In this document: positions 26,601 to 44,944 of the stretch, in pieces | Numbering within the stretch: position 1 is the first letter of the stretch | Layout of the letters: every line of letters starts with the position of its first letter | Assembly: GCA_050230475.1 (NCBI GenBank) | Contig: JBFLGF010000018.1 | Coordinates: 1-64,000 of the forward strand | Length of the DNA stretch: 64,000 bases | Origin: Ancylonema sp. | Lineage: Eukaryota | Direction of reading: 5' to 3' | Translations under genes and position numbers: made by a program | The notes under the pieces: model-generated | What the model saw: only the letters and a program-made list of their open reading frames with translations | What the model was told of the DNA's origin: nothing | Database searches by the model: none

Positions 26601-27960
26601 TTTGCTGCATCTCACTTCTGGAACAAGACCTGATCTGGCAGCTGCTGTTAACTCCTTGTGTCGATACAGTCAGCAGCCAGGGGACAAGCATTGGGCAAGC
26701 ATTGGGAGGGGGTAAAGAGAGCTCAAGGGAACTGTCAATTTGGGGCTGATGTATAAGAAAAGAGGTGATTTGCCAGTCAGTGGTTACTCAGATGCTAGTC
26801 ATGGTGACGACGTCGACACTAGGAAGGGGAGAACTGGCTATGTCTTTCTTACTGGAGGAGCTGTTGTGAGCTGGAAAAGTGGTCTCATGGAAACAGTCAC
26901 ACACTCAAGCTGTGAAAGTAAGTATTTGGCATTGAGTGCTGCTGGAAATGAGGCCATTTATTTGAGCTAGATGCAAAAGGAGTTGGGTATTGGTGGGGGG
27001 GGTGTGCTATTGCTGGGAGACAATGAGAGTTCTTTGAATCTTGCTGAGAATCCTATTTTTCACAAGCGCTCCACACACATCGAGATCAAGTATCATTCCA
27101 TTCGAGAGAGGGTGTTCAAGAAAAAGATCAGTCTACAGTTTGTCAAGAATGAAGAGCAGGCTGCTGATATGTTGACAAAACCAGTAGTGTCTGTCAAGTT
27201 GAAGAAGAATTGTGATCTGGTGGGGAGCTGGTGTATTAGTGAGTTTTTTGTCGACTTGTGTTTGTAAAATCGATATCGTTGTGGTTATCGTTTTTGGAGG
27301 GGGAATACAAAAGTACCCAGGAAGAGGGTATTAGTTTTTAGGGGCTGTGAACTTTTGTTGTTATATCGATTTTAGCAATACCGGGAATTTAGCTTTAGTT
27401 TTGTCGTTATTCAGCAAATGCAGGCTGCAGGCTGCAGGCAGGCTGCAGGCCGGCTGCAGGCCGATGTCCTTGTTTCAATGATAACTTGGCCATCTGGCAC
27501 AAGTGTCGATTAGAACTAGTTGATGTGGCAGAATGCTTAGTTATGATTGGTAGTTGACGAAGTAGTTTCGATAGGAGTAGATTCTTTGACCAGGCAACAA
27601 TCGACTGTACTATGTCTGAGCTTGTTTGCTGAATTCTGTAATCAGACTTTTCTACTTCAAACTTGCACTTTTGTTGTGTCAACGTTTGTAATGACGTGAT
27701 TTGTCTTGTCTGAGAGAATTGTGCTTTATTCTTGCATTGATGGCAGAAGAAAGCACTCACACAACACACCTATTCGATGGGGAAAAAATGCAGATGCACC
27801 CATTTTGGAGCAAAATCCCGGATGTTTTTTTATTATTCTTCTTCTTCTTCTTCTTTGGAGCTAGACCCAATCGGAATAGTCCGATCCTGGGCCAATCCGG
27901 ATCGGGTCTGATCCGGCGCCATTCCGGATCATGGATCGGATTGGATGGGGCCCAACTATG
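23631..27960. mobile_element. hAT MITE split by the copia insertion
   Basis: TATAGTTGAGCCC … GGGCCCAACTATG termini; GGATC subterminal repeats on both sides of the copia; TSD TTCCATGA/ATACATGA (6/8). Confidence 0.65.
23728..27761 (+). mobile_element. Internally deleted Ty1/copia element
   Basis: LTRs 23728-24161 and 27329-~27761; PBS TGGTATCAAAGC at 24163-24174 (tRNA-iMet 3' end, 1 mismatch); PPT AGGAAGAGGG; TSD CAACA. Two zinc knuckles (CYTCGETGHYSKDC, CIYCGAIGHVEFTC), FLFDDGSSHH, LLHTRLGH…CEGC, and RNase H GYSDASHGDD…KRSTHIEIKYH…ADMLTK. Most of the integrase core and RT is missing. Confidence 0.95.
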
Positions 27961-28515
27961 ATACATGAGATATCTCTTCAAAACAAGTGTACATCATTTG
28001 TGAGACGACAACGAATACAATCCTCCTCGAGAAAAACACTCCTTAGACGCCTAAATTTGAAATGCGAAGGGAATGAAGTGAGACTTCACGAAGCTCGTCC
28101 GTGAATTCGTGCACTGTATTTGTGCACAAATCAGGTGTCATTGTAATTGTGCACCAACTCGGATGACAACATTATTGAGAGGGGGCTGTGGACGTTCATA
28201 TAGCAACAAAGTAAGTAGACAAAACTAGGCAAGCATAGTCGTACAAATATATATGACTCGTTTTTCATTCCAATATTGCGAATTCTATTCCGATATTGCG
28301 AGAGCCAAGAAACGTGACAACATCAAACCTCTCCACGCATGGGTGCACCCACTACCACACACAAACATGTCATGAATCACATTGATGATAGACCATACCA
28401 TTGTGACATACCAATATGTAACGCAACTTTCGAGACCTATCATGGAATTGCACAGTACCATATCCTACACTATGAAACCTATATCGGAATCACATAACTT
28501 CTTCTGACTACTCCG

Positions 28516-32842
<4,327 letters not shown>

Positions 32843-32852
32843 CTAGGAAGAC

Positions 32853-33258
32853 GATGAAGCATGAAGCATGAAGCATGATGTATGAAATACGTTACATGGT
32901 ACATTATGTATGATGTATGGTGTATGGTGCATGGTGTATGGTGTATGATGTATGATGTATAGTGTATGGTGTATGGTGTATGGTGTATGGTGTATGGTGT
33001 ATGATGTATGGTGTATGGTGTATGGTGTATGGTGTATGATGTATGGTGTATGGTGTATGATGTATGGTGTATGGTGTATGATGTATGGTGTATGGTGTAT
33101 GGTGTATGGTGTATGGTGTATGGTGTATGATGTATGGTGTATGATGTCTGGTGTATGATGTATGATGTCTGATGTATCATGCATGATGTATGATGTATGA
33201 TGTATGATGCATGATGTATGATGTATGATGTCTGACTTATGATACATGATGTATTCAT
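32853..33258. repeat. Intronic heptamer microsatellite (TGGTGTA/TGATGTA)n
   Basis: Directly visible; also (TGAAGCA)n at its left end. Confidence 0.95.
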
Positions 33259-34963
33259 GAACAAGCATCATTTCCACTACCACAGACTGCCGTGTTTTTT
33301 TTTTTTTTCAAATGCAAATAACGACAAATAGATGGACGTAAGAAGATGAGGGAGGCCAACAAACTCCTTTGTGCAATAAACCTGTCTAAATTATTATACA
33401 GGTGTTCACAGTACTGAGGTGACCAGGTTTTGCAGGACGAAGCAGGCTTCACATACCCTCCCGCTTTTTGTGGAAGACCGTAGCCGTGACTTTGCGCAGA
33501 GGTACTCCAGCACTAGCTCGCTCCTGATCCGCCAGCTGTCACACCATCAGTGGCACACGTGTCACAAATGTGACAATCTGATATGATTATGACAGCGAAG
33601 GCGACACCTCTTGTTCGTTGTCCCCCATGCACAGCATAACATAATATAATTGCATAACGCAACTACAGAACAAGCTTACACGGACATAATCTGCATTTTT
33701 ACTTTTTTTTTTTTTTTTGTCTCTTCACAGTCTTCGAGGAGCTGTCAAGGAAGACGATGCCAAACGGGGAGGTGTTGTAGCAAGGCGCTGTGATTGACTT
33801 ATTCAAGGAGGCAGAGGTTCATTTCAGGCCTTGGTTCTTCCCAGTATTCCTTAGGTACTCTACTTTTTACAGTGATGAAACATGAGTATCGGACTACTAC
33901 TGCTTTAAAGATATCTGGATATCGTATGCTTGTTTGCGTCTGGAGAATACTTCACTTCTGACAATAAATGGAACAGACGCAAGCATGAAGCACCCACAGA
34001 ATAGCAGTCGGAAAGATCCAGATAAAAGGAGGTAAAACGAGAACATCGGGAAGATATTTCGACTGAACTGACTTCTTGACAGTGACTTGCATTAAAGTAG
34101 AGTCTCATTCCTGTAAATGCGGTTCACGTTGCTGTTTAAACATCTAACTCAACAGAAATATACGACGTTGCAATGCTGATGACCTCACACGGTCCACATA
34201 TCGTGAATCATTCCACCAAACATGATGGCTGGAGTCCTGGAGTCACACCTCTGAACATACGAGGAGCATGAACACTATCAAAATATACGATTCCCGGATA
34301 GCCAGGTGCATTCCTTAGTTTTAGTATGATTATTTGAATGTCACATTCAGTTTTCTCAGGTCGTTGCGATTATTTTCAATGAAGCTCCAGCCTTGACAGC
34401 ACCGAAGTGACGCTTTGTATGAGTGACGGAAATGTCGAATAATGCCATAAGCATTAAGAACAGACCGCTCCTAGTACCTGTTGGGCGGCCTGCGCAACAG
34501 GCATTGCAACTATTCGCAAACAGTGTGCGAACTGCACATGGTAGCTGCTCGCTGAAAAGGCTTGGATTTGATCAAATTCTGGCTGGCTAAATTTATGCAG
34601 CGCTGTTGGCGGTTACTTGATGACAGCGGATTTGTGAATCCAAGTGACAGAAGGAGTTCTACATAAGTCATTCACAAGTTGCACTTCCTGCCTACTGCAC
34701 TAACGGCAGCATGATTTGAAGGACGAATTTACAAATAAAGACTTGGTAGAAGGAAAACGACGAGCATACCAATGTGGCGTGTGACGACTTCTGAGCAAAT
34801 GGGTCTTGAGTAAATGCTGACAAGAAATCCGTACATTCCACACGATGACGCGCAAATTCGGCACCGGGCTGCGCTGGAGTGGATGAGGCCATGAGCGCAG
34901 AGTCCATTGATCTCGAACAATGCGCTGAAGGCAGAAACCCCGGCGAGCCTGGCCCTAGAAATC

Positions 34964-35665
34964 TAGGTTAGCAGTTTTAGGCCCTAGAAATTCCGGCGGT
35001 AATTAATAAGTTTGAAAACGTATTAAATGGCAAACCTACAAAATGCTAATTATTCAAGAGATACATCATTCTTGCGTAAAAAAACAACGCTGATCACAAT
35101 GGTCGAGTAAAAAAATAGAGACTAAAAAATTTAGCATACTTTCTACTCATGACATTTATTTACATATTAACAAACGGATTGCTTACGGAAAAGATCCCAA
35201 AAAAGTTATTTGTTGTTATTTTGGCATGGTTACGAGACACCAACCAAGGTGACTCATATTGGAGTTGAATGATTGTTCAATTGTCGTAGAATAGCCATTG
35301 GATATAACAAAAGATCATACATTATTTATATTTTTGTTGCGAGGGTGACCTTAGTGGATAATTTACTCGGTTGAGATGTTTTTTTTTGCATTAGACAATT
35401 CAAAGGAAATTTCTACACCTCAACGGAACCCCCAAAAAATCCGGGAACACATATTGTGGTATTACATACCACAATGATACGTCATAGAATATATGGACGT
35501 AGAGCTAACATCAATCCATTTCGGTTATTTGAAGTAATCCTCCTCACGTATACTTATGGCAAGTCGACGTGACCATGCATATTTTCAAAGGGGAAATTCT
35601 ATGACGAGAAAAGTTTTGTTGCGAAGGCGAGACACCTCTTACAATAAGGTTCAAGTAAAGAATGT
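34964..35665 (+). repeat. Dispersed repeat, probably a DNA-transposon terminus; inverted homolog at 44945-45535
   Basis: Shared blocks such as AAAAGTTATTTGTTGT, TTTTGGCATGG and GCGAAGGCGAGACACCTCT align to the reverse complement of 44945-45535. Confidence 0.7.
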
Positions 35666-36157
35666 TTCGTAAGTTTTGCTATTGATTTCTACGTAAGTTC
35701 CCCAAAAAAATAGAAAATATTGGAATCAACATGTCACCAACTTGTTATCATACTTCAATTCCACTACATATGTACGTGACCGTAAGTACGCTCGATTGGA
35801 AAATCCTATGTCAAAAAGCTAGAGTAACTTGTCATTACTATTTTAGACATAGAGTGTCGACAGTGTGGACTCGACAAAATTGGTAAATACTTACAATTAA
35901 TAATTAATGACTTGTATGGTAAAATAATTGATATTTAGGCCCTAGAAAAACAATACTATGGCCTAAAAACGGAGGATTCGATTCTTGGACATCAATATTG
36001 GAGCTATTTTAGCTAATTTTGAAATTTTATGGGCTCGTTTTTCCGTCCTGGTAATCCTAACTTAAAATTATATATAACTAATAGTAAGGGTTTAGATTTT
36101 TAACCTTCCGCATCGCGACGCTCATCTAACACCCTTGAGTTGGAAAAGAGCCCGTAA

Positions 36158-36584
36158 TGCTAGGACCCTCGCTCTTATCACTATAATTCCTTAGCGAGTG
36201 CACTACCCTTAGCGCTCCTAGCCTAGTGTGCTAGTAGCGACTGTTTGTCTTTATGCGGTTTGTCACTAGCTATTGTTCTTAAATCGAGTCTCTTTGCCCT
36301 TGGCATTTTACTTAGTGCTTATATCGAGACTCCCATCCGTAAGTATAAATTTCTCGTTGTATCGAGTCTATAATTTTGTTCCTCTTGTAGCGAGTTCTAG
36401 CATTGGCCCACTAGACTTGATTTCCGACCTTGACCTAGACTAGTATAAATTTTGTCAAGGAGTTCTTTTCAAAATCTCATAACATCTCATGTACTTACAT
36501 AATTACTGACGCTTTTTCCCATCGTGTCTTTCGCCTTTGTAAGTGTTTTGCCAACTCGATCCTAAATCCGTCCCGGGTCTAACA
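36158..36584 (+). mobile_element. Solo LTR related to the 8090-8539 gypsy LTR
   Basis: TGCTAGGACCCTCGCT…GGTCTAACA; perfect TSD CGTAA; shares its start and CATCTCATGTACTT with the 8090 LTR. Confidence 0.85.
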
Positions 36585-37575
36585 CGTAAACTCAGATGAG
36601 TCCGGCTCATGGAATCCGGTTTCATCCGGGCTCACGGGTTCCAAGGGCTCGTAGGATATACCACGACGGGCTTATCGTTGTTACGATACACTAATAACAA
36701 TTTTTACATTTTTTTACATTTTGTCACTTATACATGGGCTTTGTTCTTTGGGTAAAATATGCGTGACACATACCATGTACTTGATTCCCGTGGTATGTCC
36801 GTTTCCTTCGTTGTTAAGATCAACGTCATCTACTTTATAATCAATGTATATATAAATGTCCTATCCTCGTATGACAATTAAAATACCTGATCATGATAAC
36901 GTCTTGGCCCTCGGCGCTCTTTACACATATACCCAACATTTGGAAAATCCTCACAAAGCGCATCACACAAGTGGCCACACTTGGCAAAGTGGCATAATGC
37001 GAAGCTAACGACAAAACTATTTCGCATCCAATGCCATCTTTGTACAACGACTTCCAAAACGCAAAATTTTCCCGACATATTCGGGAAACGGATCGATAAG
37101 ATTTAGATCTAGACCTTATCGAAGGAATGTTTTTCTTTCATAAACCATGCACGCAAAAACGCGATTTTGAAAACACGGAATTAATGAGATGGCGTCATTG
37201 TAATGTAGCCGCAAAAATAAATAGATAATCATTGCAATGTATGATAACTAAGTGCCCAAACCTATCCACCATGTGACGTTTTTATATAAAGACCCACTAC
37301 GGCAAACTACAAACAAGCCGGCTCTATTTGGAAAGATTTAGATCGCCAAAACTAGTACCAACGATAGAATGCACGTCTAAATTTCTCATGTCGACGCAGA
37401 ACTTTTGGTCGCCTTGTAAGTGTAGAATCCTCGGAAAGTTGATGGCCAGAGGCCCTTTCGCTGAATCTAAGGAATTTTTGTACGCTTGACTCGCGACAGT
37501 GATTGTAAAAAATCACACAAACGACGGCAAGAACGTCGCCTTGACTCGGCAAAAAGTTTGGACAAAGTTTGGACT

Positions 37576-38479
37576 GAGTTTGGCACGCTTGAATCGCGGC
37601 ACTGATCGTAAACGATCACCGAAACGTCGGCAGGAACGGTAACTTGACTCGTTACTCTCTCGCTGCGGGCAAGCAGACAATGCTATCGACACTATGAGGA
37701 TTCTAAAAAGAGTGTGACGCAATACAATAACTAAGTAAGAACACTATAGTTATCGGTCGGCGATCAACTATCTATGTGTAAGTCTTAATTGCTTGTAATC
37801 TGCAGTAAAGGACTTTGAGTCTGCAAACTGAGCGTAGCTCTGGCTTGCGTCGTGTAAATGAGCACAAAGGGTAAGTCGCGAAAGCGAAGTAAACAGACTG
37901 AAGCACGGTGAGGGACAGCTCGGATGTGCAAGCAACAATGACAATAAATCACACTATGCAAGCAAGCAGATTGCAAGGCAAAGCACAGTAGACGGAGATA
38001 CAGATTACACGAGAGGCAAGATAGGATGCAAGTCTCTTCAGCGTTAGATTCAGCGAAAGCTGAATTCAGAGTTCGAAGTACAAAGGTTATATTCAAACTT
38101 CTACAGACGACGCTAGACGCGTGTCGATCTACAATTCAATCTCAGGAAATATGCCTCGCGCGCAAATGTCTTATCTACAATATCTATCGTCGGATATTCA
38201 TCGCGGCTAACAATTATAACAAGTCATTACAAATTGATTGTTGACTAGTACAAAGGTGCCACGTCGGATCGACGGATAACAAATGCTAAACAATCTCTAA
38301 TTCAAATATTGAGCGGGGGCGGAGGTGACAATGGAGCTCGGGAGCGGGACCGGCGAGCGGGGCGGAAGTTGTAGTGCGGCGGAACTCTTAATTTGGCGCG
38401 GCGGAGACGTGATTTAATATAGGGAGAGATTAAGTAGATATTAGGGGTAAAATAGCTAACGATCTCAGACGTCGTGACA
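37576..38479 (-). mobile_element. Dispersed copy of the tandem-array unit (LTR-like)
   Basis: High identity to array unit 1; ends exactly at GTCGTGACA (TGTCACGAC on - strand). Confidence 0.85.
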
Positions 38480-39190
38480 GAGATACGCATGGCAGGAAAT
38501 ATATGAATAAACTCGGTGCGCACGCTATAACTGGCTATAGACAACTATGAGCAATTATTAAGTGATCATATTGTAGACAACGATCACGATAACAATTTAC
38601 TATATCAAATGATGCCGGAGTGACGACTCGTCGTCACGTATTCTAAGTCAATTCCAATACAATTTGAAAATATAATCAAAAAATCAAAAAAGGTTGACTA
38701 AACAAATGAATAAACGGCGCCGGCCACTAACGAAGATTGGAATGAAATGAGCTAGGGTAGAGTCGTGACAAGGCGGAAATAAATAGCGGCGCGGCTATTG
38801 TGGTATTTTAATTTAACGAAAGGGGTTTAAGTATGATGAGATATATATCGGCATGACAAGATAATCATAGGGATAGTTTGAAGTCGAAAATATGTCGATA
38901 TTTATTTATGAACGAGACGAGACGAGACGAGACGAAACGAAACGAGACTTGACTAGATGTTTGCAGTGTGATTTGTTTAACTCCAGTGCTTGGAGATTAG
39001 GAGGTGTGGTAGAAATAGATGATGCTTAAAACATTGATTTTTCGATTTCTATTTGTTTTCATCGATAGTGCAATAAAAGGATATGAATTTGATAAATTGT
39101 CACAATAATGATCCTATTGCGGGTCAAACAACATTTTTACACAGTACGACCCTTTAGCGGTCAACGACTTTTACACACCAAACAAAAACT

Positions 39191-39863
39191 TGTCTGATTG
39201 GATCAGCGAGTTCGGGAGTCCGAAGGAAAAGTCGTGCCTCAGAGCCGTAACCTTGAGACTTGCCAGCTCGTTGGGATTGCGCAGGCGGTTTCAGTTCGTA
39301 ACTTGCAAATCAACGAGGGTCAAACCTTGCTAACTTGTCTGACCACTCCATGGAGTGTTTTTGCAGCAGTGAGGCCGGCTTTACAAACTGCCTTTTCAGA
39401 CGCTTCTATCCGGTATAAATCTTACCCTGTGTACCACCTTCGGGTTACACTCTCCCCAATCTCTTAACAATAGAGAGGCTGTTAACTTTACCCCGTGATT
39501 TATCACATTCCCCTCGAGTGACCCGTTCGTTCACTTGGAAGCTGTCTCACACCAGTCTTTGTAATTTGGAAGTGCTCTTGCAAAAGACATTTCTCGACTG
39601 CATTGACTACTCCCTGTCAGAGATTTTTCATCTAATTACCAGTGGTTCGCTTACATTGAGCTCCGTCTCCCTGAGAGGACCTAGTGCCCACCTGATCTTC
39701 CTATAAAGGTTACACCTGAGATTCAATCTCTTTCCCCCTCTGAGATAGCCCCACGGCTTAGAGATTTACCACGCCTATGTGGGGGTACCACGTGGTGCCA
39801 AAACCCTTACTTTACTTACACTTCCGTATCGAACGCGTGGGTGGGCTTGTTACACCACCCCTT
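39191..39863 (-). mobile_element. Putative 3' LTR with PPT
   Basis: On the - strand AAGGGGTGG is followed by TGTAACAAGCCC at 39854; possible end …ATCAGACA at 39191. No second LTR visible (assembly N at 40875). Confidence 0.4.
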
Positions 39864-40875
39864 GTTCACAAGTGCTTTACACGCTCGCTTCTACACATGA
39901 TTTTTGCTTGCAAAATCAACTCATCTAATTCACATTTGAGCTGAAACATTGCACTTCGTGTTGTGAATAAGCATTTTTGCAATTCAACTGAAAGTGTTAA
40001 TTCAAGAACATTTACAAGGAGCGACATCAACGAGTAGAGGAGTACAACTTTTGCATCGAATTCGTCGATTTCTGCTACGTACAATTTACATTACAATCTC
40101 CTTACGACTACAAAACTTCTTAGATTCAATACTAGAACCTGCCTACGTCAAGCTAGGAGGGGAAGTACAAGGTAACTCGATCGACTCGAAGTCATCGACA
40201 GACCTAGTGAAGCTCCGCTTCAAATCACAGATCTGAATACAAAGTGCCAAACTCAAGATCGGTATACAAGTTATCAACTACGATGCATCGAAGAGTAGTT
40301 CCATCGTACACACAACCACAATTATTAGAGGCTGTCAACCCTCTAGTTGCACTACGCAAAATACCTACAAGCGCCAAATCAATGCACGCCATTGATACTA
40401 CACCATGGAAGAGAGCCTTCACAGAACAAGAAGTGCGCATTGACCTAATCCAGGAGCAGCTGGAGTATACTAAAGAATTTGCCGGTGTTTTTTATGACTT
40501 TCGGTACATGCGTTTGGGACAATTGTATGTCACACCGGAGGAAGCAATGGAGAAGCTTCATGATTTGCCTTATGAGGAAAGGTTGCAGAGTGAAAGCAAC
40601 ATTGCTATTCTCAAACGACAGCGAAGGAAACGCTGGACATCAACATCAATTCGACAGCAATTCAAATTCAAGAAGCAGAAGTAGAATGGTATAATGATCT
40701 CCAGACAAACATTCTACCAAAACTTGCAACAACTCCTGTTCAAGATACGCCGGCTTACACTTCCGTAGCAACCGCTCAAACCTCCATTTCAGAAAAACAA
40801 TTCAACAATTTTTCTGAACAATGGACTACACGACAAGTAGCAAAGCAAGAACAAATGGATCGAATGGAGTCACAN

Positions 40876-41031
40876 ATAACGTCTCTAAGTGTCGGCAACA
40901 TGTCAGGTGCTCGGACACAAACATGCCCGGCCCCGCATATAAGCACATCTAGGAATATTGCTCCCGGTTAGAGTAACCAGTTACAACAGGACTAGCAAGC
41001 ATAAGATATGGCTATCCAAAATATTCCAACA
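40876..41031 (-). mobile_element. Partial LTR of the 9001-15646 copia family, cut at the assembly gap
   Basis: Matches 15490-15646 and ends ATATTCCAACA; starts right after the N at 40875. Confidence 0.9.
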
Positions 41032-41234
41032 ACTAGCATTTGGATTTTCTTTTGGATTTGGCAAAAGAAACCTCCGAGGGGGGCGGGCGTGATTCCCAAA
41101 CCCAAGGGGGTGCGGGATGTTTTCAAAATCATGAGATGTAGGTGGCAAGCCGTTTACAACGAGGTCGTGCACTATTTAAGGCCCAAGAGGTTACACTAGG
41201 GTTGGGGGACCTTATAAACTATAGCAATTCAAGA

Positions 41235-41558
41235 TGACGAGCCAGATGGGATCGATAGGGTAAAGGGTCGTTGATGACGTAATTAGTTGATGTATGTACG
41301 TCATAACGTAGTTCATCGGCATGAATTGGTGAATGTCGATATCGATGAATTTGTAAGTGTAATGGGCATGTGCCCTAACTAAAACGTTTGGCACGATTGA
41401 ATCGCGGCAATGATCGTAAACGATCACCTAAACGACGACAAGAACAATAACTTGACTCGTGACTCTCTCGCTGCGGGCAAGCACACAATGCTATCGACAC
41501 TCTGAGGATTCTAAAAGAGTGTGAAGCACTACCATAACTAAGCAAGAACATTATAGCT
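41235..41558. repeat. Diverged partial copy of the tandem-array unit
   Basis: Homologous to 3211-3533, continuous across the CCCTAACT junction. Confidence 0.85.
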
Positions 41559-41559
41559 T

Positions 41560-44500
41560 AAACAGGCTCCCGCCCGTAGCGTCCATACTCTTTCCGTCAG
41601 TCGTAAGTACCAAAGTGGAGGTCGAATGCCTCCTACATGGCCCTTCCCGCAGCCGTGTCCATCCCTGAAGGGTACCCCATGGGTACCTTATGGTGTTGTT
41701 CTCACCCACGAATACTACTGGCGCCTCTCATGCCAAGGCCGACTTAGGCGCAGCCACCCCTGTCACACTCACTCCGGGTCTCACCCGTACGGCCCCTCCT
41801 CCTGTCACCCTCTCATCTAGGTACATAATGTCACGCGCCTCTGTGTTGTACGCAAAGATGACTTTCCGTGGCCTCCTTGGCCCCCTCTTCTCTCCCGCTG
41901 CTACAGCCTGTGTGCGCTTCTCCTCAGCTTGCACAGTCACCAATATCTCATCTCCCCTATCCAAATGGTTTCCCACGTTTTGAATGATGCTTCTCATGTC
42001 CGCTACATGTGGAGATGCTCCCCTCACTGCCTCCGTGCCCCTCAGACCTTGTGGCCCCAGTCGGCTCGCGAGGCTACTACCGTCTCCCCTGTCCATGGTA
42101 CGCAGCCGCTCTGATGCGCGCACTGGCCCACATCATGCCGGTGGCGCACATGGCGCCATCATCTGAAACGGGGTCCTCACGTGCACCACCGGCACCCCCA
42201 TGGCGACCCACACCTCTCCCACATAGAATCTTAGTTCCAATCCGTGAGCGTTGTCTCCCTCCTCACCCACTCCCATCGCCATCATCTGACGCACGTACCC
42301 ACGGTTGAAGAACTCCTCATCTCCTCGCCCCAATCTGTCCTCAAACTCACCACCTCTCCTTGCACGTGGCATTGGCACCGCCATCGCCAGCCCGTGTCAT
42401 GGGCGCTTAGCCTCGGAGGCTCCCATGGGTTATAGTTCTTTGGGCGAAGCTCAGGGTGCTTCGCCCAACACAAAGACTTTTGTGTTGTTTTGCTTATCGG
42501 ATAAGCTGCATGTTGCCCCCTTCGTCATGTGGACCCGCGGCATGGACGTGGCGGCTCCCCTTGCCGTCCCAAATCTGGCGGCGAAGGGTGCTTTCACACC
42601 GTTCCCACGTCCTGCTCCTGTGGTCCTAAGTGCTTCCCTCAACCTCCAAGCCGTCTCCTCCCGCGTCCCGGTGGGACAATTCGTGGCCCTGTGCCCTAGA
42701 CCGCCACAAATGAAGCACTTGATGGGGGGTGTCCCCCCCATCTCTCCTCTTCCATTCCTAGCCCCCCCTCCCCCTCCAATCCCAGCTTCCCCCCCGCCTC
42801 CACCTTCCCTAGACTTCCCCTTTCCCTCCTCCTTTCGCTCTCCCTCTTTCTTCCCCTTCTTCTGACTTGGCAACAAGCCAAACATCTGTAGCTCCGCATC
42901 CCGTGACATCTGCGCCCTCTCTTGAGATGTGGCAATGTCTCGGACATCTGCCATACTCATCTTTGGGAGGCCTGCTCCATCCCGTCGCTGCACTTCAGCC
43001 CTAAGCTTTGGGCCGATCACCCGCCTCAACCCTCCTGGCAAGCAATCCTCATAAAAACATGCCGCCTGGCGGGCGCTGACCATGTATGGAAGGAACCAGG
43101 TTGACAGTTATCCGGGACAGGTCCTCGTAGATGGAGCTGTTGCCCCTGCTGCTGGCCTGAAGTTCTGGAACTCCACTAACCATTCCAACCCCGCGGTAGC
43201 AAAGCGCGTCCTCAACCTTTGGAAGAATCCCTCGAGATCGGCTTGTTCCGCTTCTAGCGGTGCTGCTTGAGGTCCTTAAAGTCCCGTGGTGAGCCGCATA
43301 AGCTGCCAACTCGCTTTTTGACTATAGTATATGCGCCATATCACCCTCACTGCTTCCACCACTTGCGATATTGCAAGTGCCGGGTTGTCAGGGTCATGCG
43401 GGTCCAAAGACCGGCGGTAATCATTCAGCACCAATCTGGCCTGTCCCTCCACTTAGGCAAACAACCTCTTGAGAAACTCAAACTGCCCATACTCTCCACT
43501 AGTGAATTTCTGAAGATTCTTGTTCTCCGCCTCCTACATGTCTTTCATGTTTTGTATGAATTGGCGCTAAGCCACTCCTCCTCCTCCCGAATACTTGGGC
43601 ACAGCCAAGGTACTCTCCATCTCTGTCTCATCCTCTAAACCCGCAAAATGCACTAAAGAATAAGCCGCAAACATAGGTACCGGAGGTACGAAAGCCGGTG
43701 ACTGATACACGGCAAGCTGAAGATTCGGCACTCCGGCCTCTCCCTCTGAGTTTACAAAACCTTGAGAGTTAACCGATTGTGCCCTCGAATCAGATCTATC
43801 GCTTGACGATTCACTACCACCACCGCCTCCACTATCCACTCTCCGCACCAAACTTCTGTTCTCGTCGCGAGACCAGGCATACATTAACTGTCTGACTCAG
43901 ACTGAACCTAAAACTACCACCTTGGGTCGTTCGAACTTAACTACGCGCTGAAAATCTCACCAGAATCAGGTTTTGAAAATTTTACAAGCGTAGCATTACG
44001 CTAGAGTGAACGTATTGGGCAAGATATCAAGCTCTATCTCTAGATGCATCGAACGCTCTATCGTACGCAGCAAATGATCACCGCTACGATATATGGCATT
44101 CACTCAACGATATCAGCCTTTAACATCGCCATAGCCAAAGCTCAACGCAATAAAAAAACGACACGTCAAAGTTCTTGCCAAAGCTTAGTTGGTATACACT
44201 CTGGCGTAATGCAGTCAGAGTGCTCATGCATCAGAATACATAGTCCGAAAGTCCAACAAGGCACTTCCGACTCACTTGTACTTTCCGTACGCTAGAATGT
44301 AATCTACGCCGTACGCATGCGTCCGATCAGACGCATCTAGTCCAAGCATATCCTACTCACAGCCGCAATCGTTAACGACCACAATCGGCCAATCACATTA
44401 CTGCCAGCATGGCACTATATGACCCCACAACCCGGGAGCCGGACCCGACCACGTTTCGTTGGAACGTCCCGTGGCCCAACGCCCGTTATACCGAACACCA

Positions 44501-44816
44501 ATCATTCCCCGCTCTAGCGATCGCTACAAATCGTGTCGGCATTGCCCCAAATCGCGCCAGCATTGTCCCGAATCAGGCCAACATTGTCCAGAATCGTGCC
44601 AATTATCGAATATCAAACGTTCTATCGAACAACTAATAATTTAGTGGGCTCCCGCCCGCTGTCGCTCTATCGCGAACAAATAAACAACCCAGCCCCCCGC
44701 CGCCTACCGCCCTCCTGCAGACCGCATGCTAGCGGCGTTAACCGTACCCGGGTCGAGACCCGGCCAGGACCGTACGGCACACACGTGCCGCACGTGCGAC
44801 TGAAATAAGTTTGACA
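41560..44816 (-). mobile_element. Degenerate retroelement gag region with putative 5' LTR
   Basis: Stop-ridden gag-like ORFs 43884-42450 (VPKYSG…, zinc knuckle CFICGGLGHRATNC). Possible LTR start TGTCAAAC at 44816; boundaries uncertain. Confidence 0.55.
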
Positions 44817-44944
44817 GGAGGATTCCATTAACTTTCTATTTATATTGGGAACTTGCATATAGATATAAGAAGCAATTAATTTGAGTCACCCAGGTGGTTG
44901 GGGTTTGAACAATTTATTGTATGTTTGTTGTAATGGAAAACGAT

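Noticed and set aside
33440..34920. Candidate upstream CDPK exons (e.g. ~33457-33535)
   Set aside because: Splice-like sites exist but no conserved peptide or unambiguous start; needs RNA-seq.
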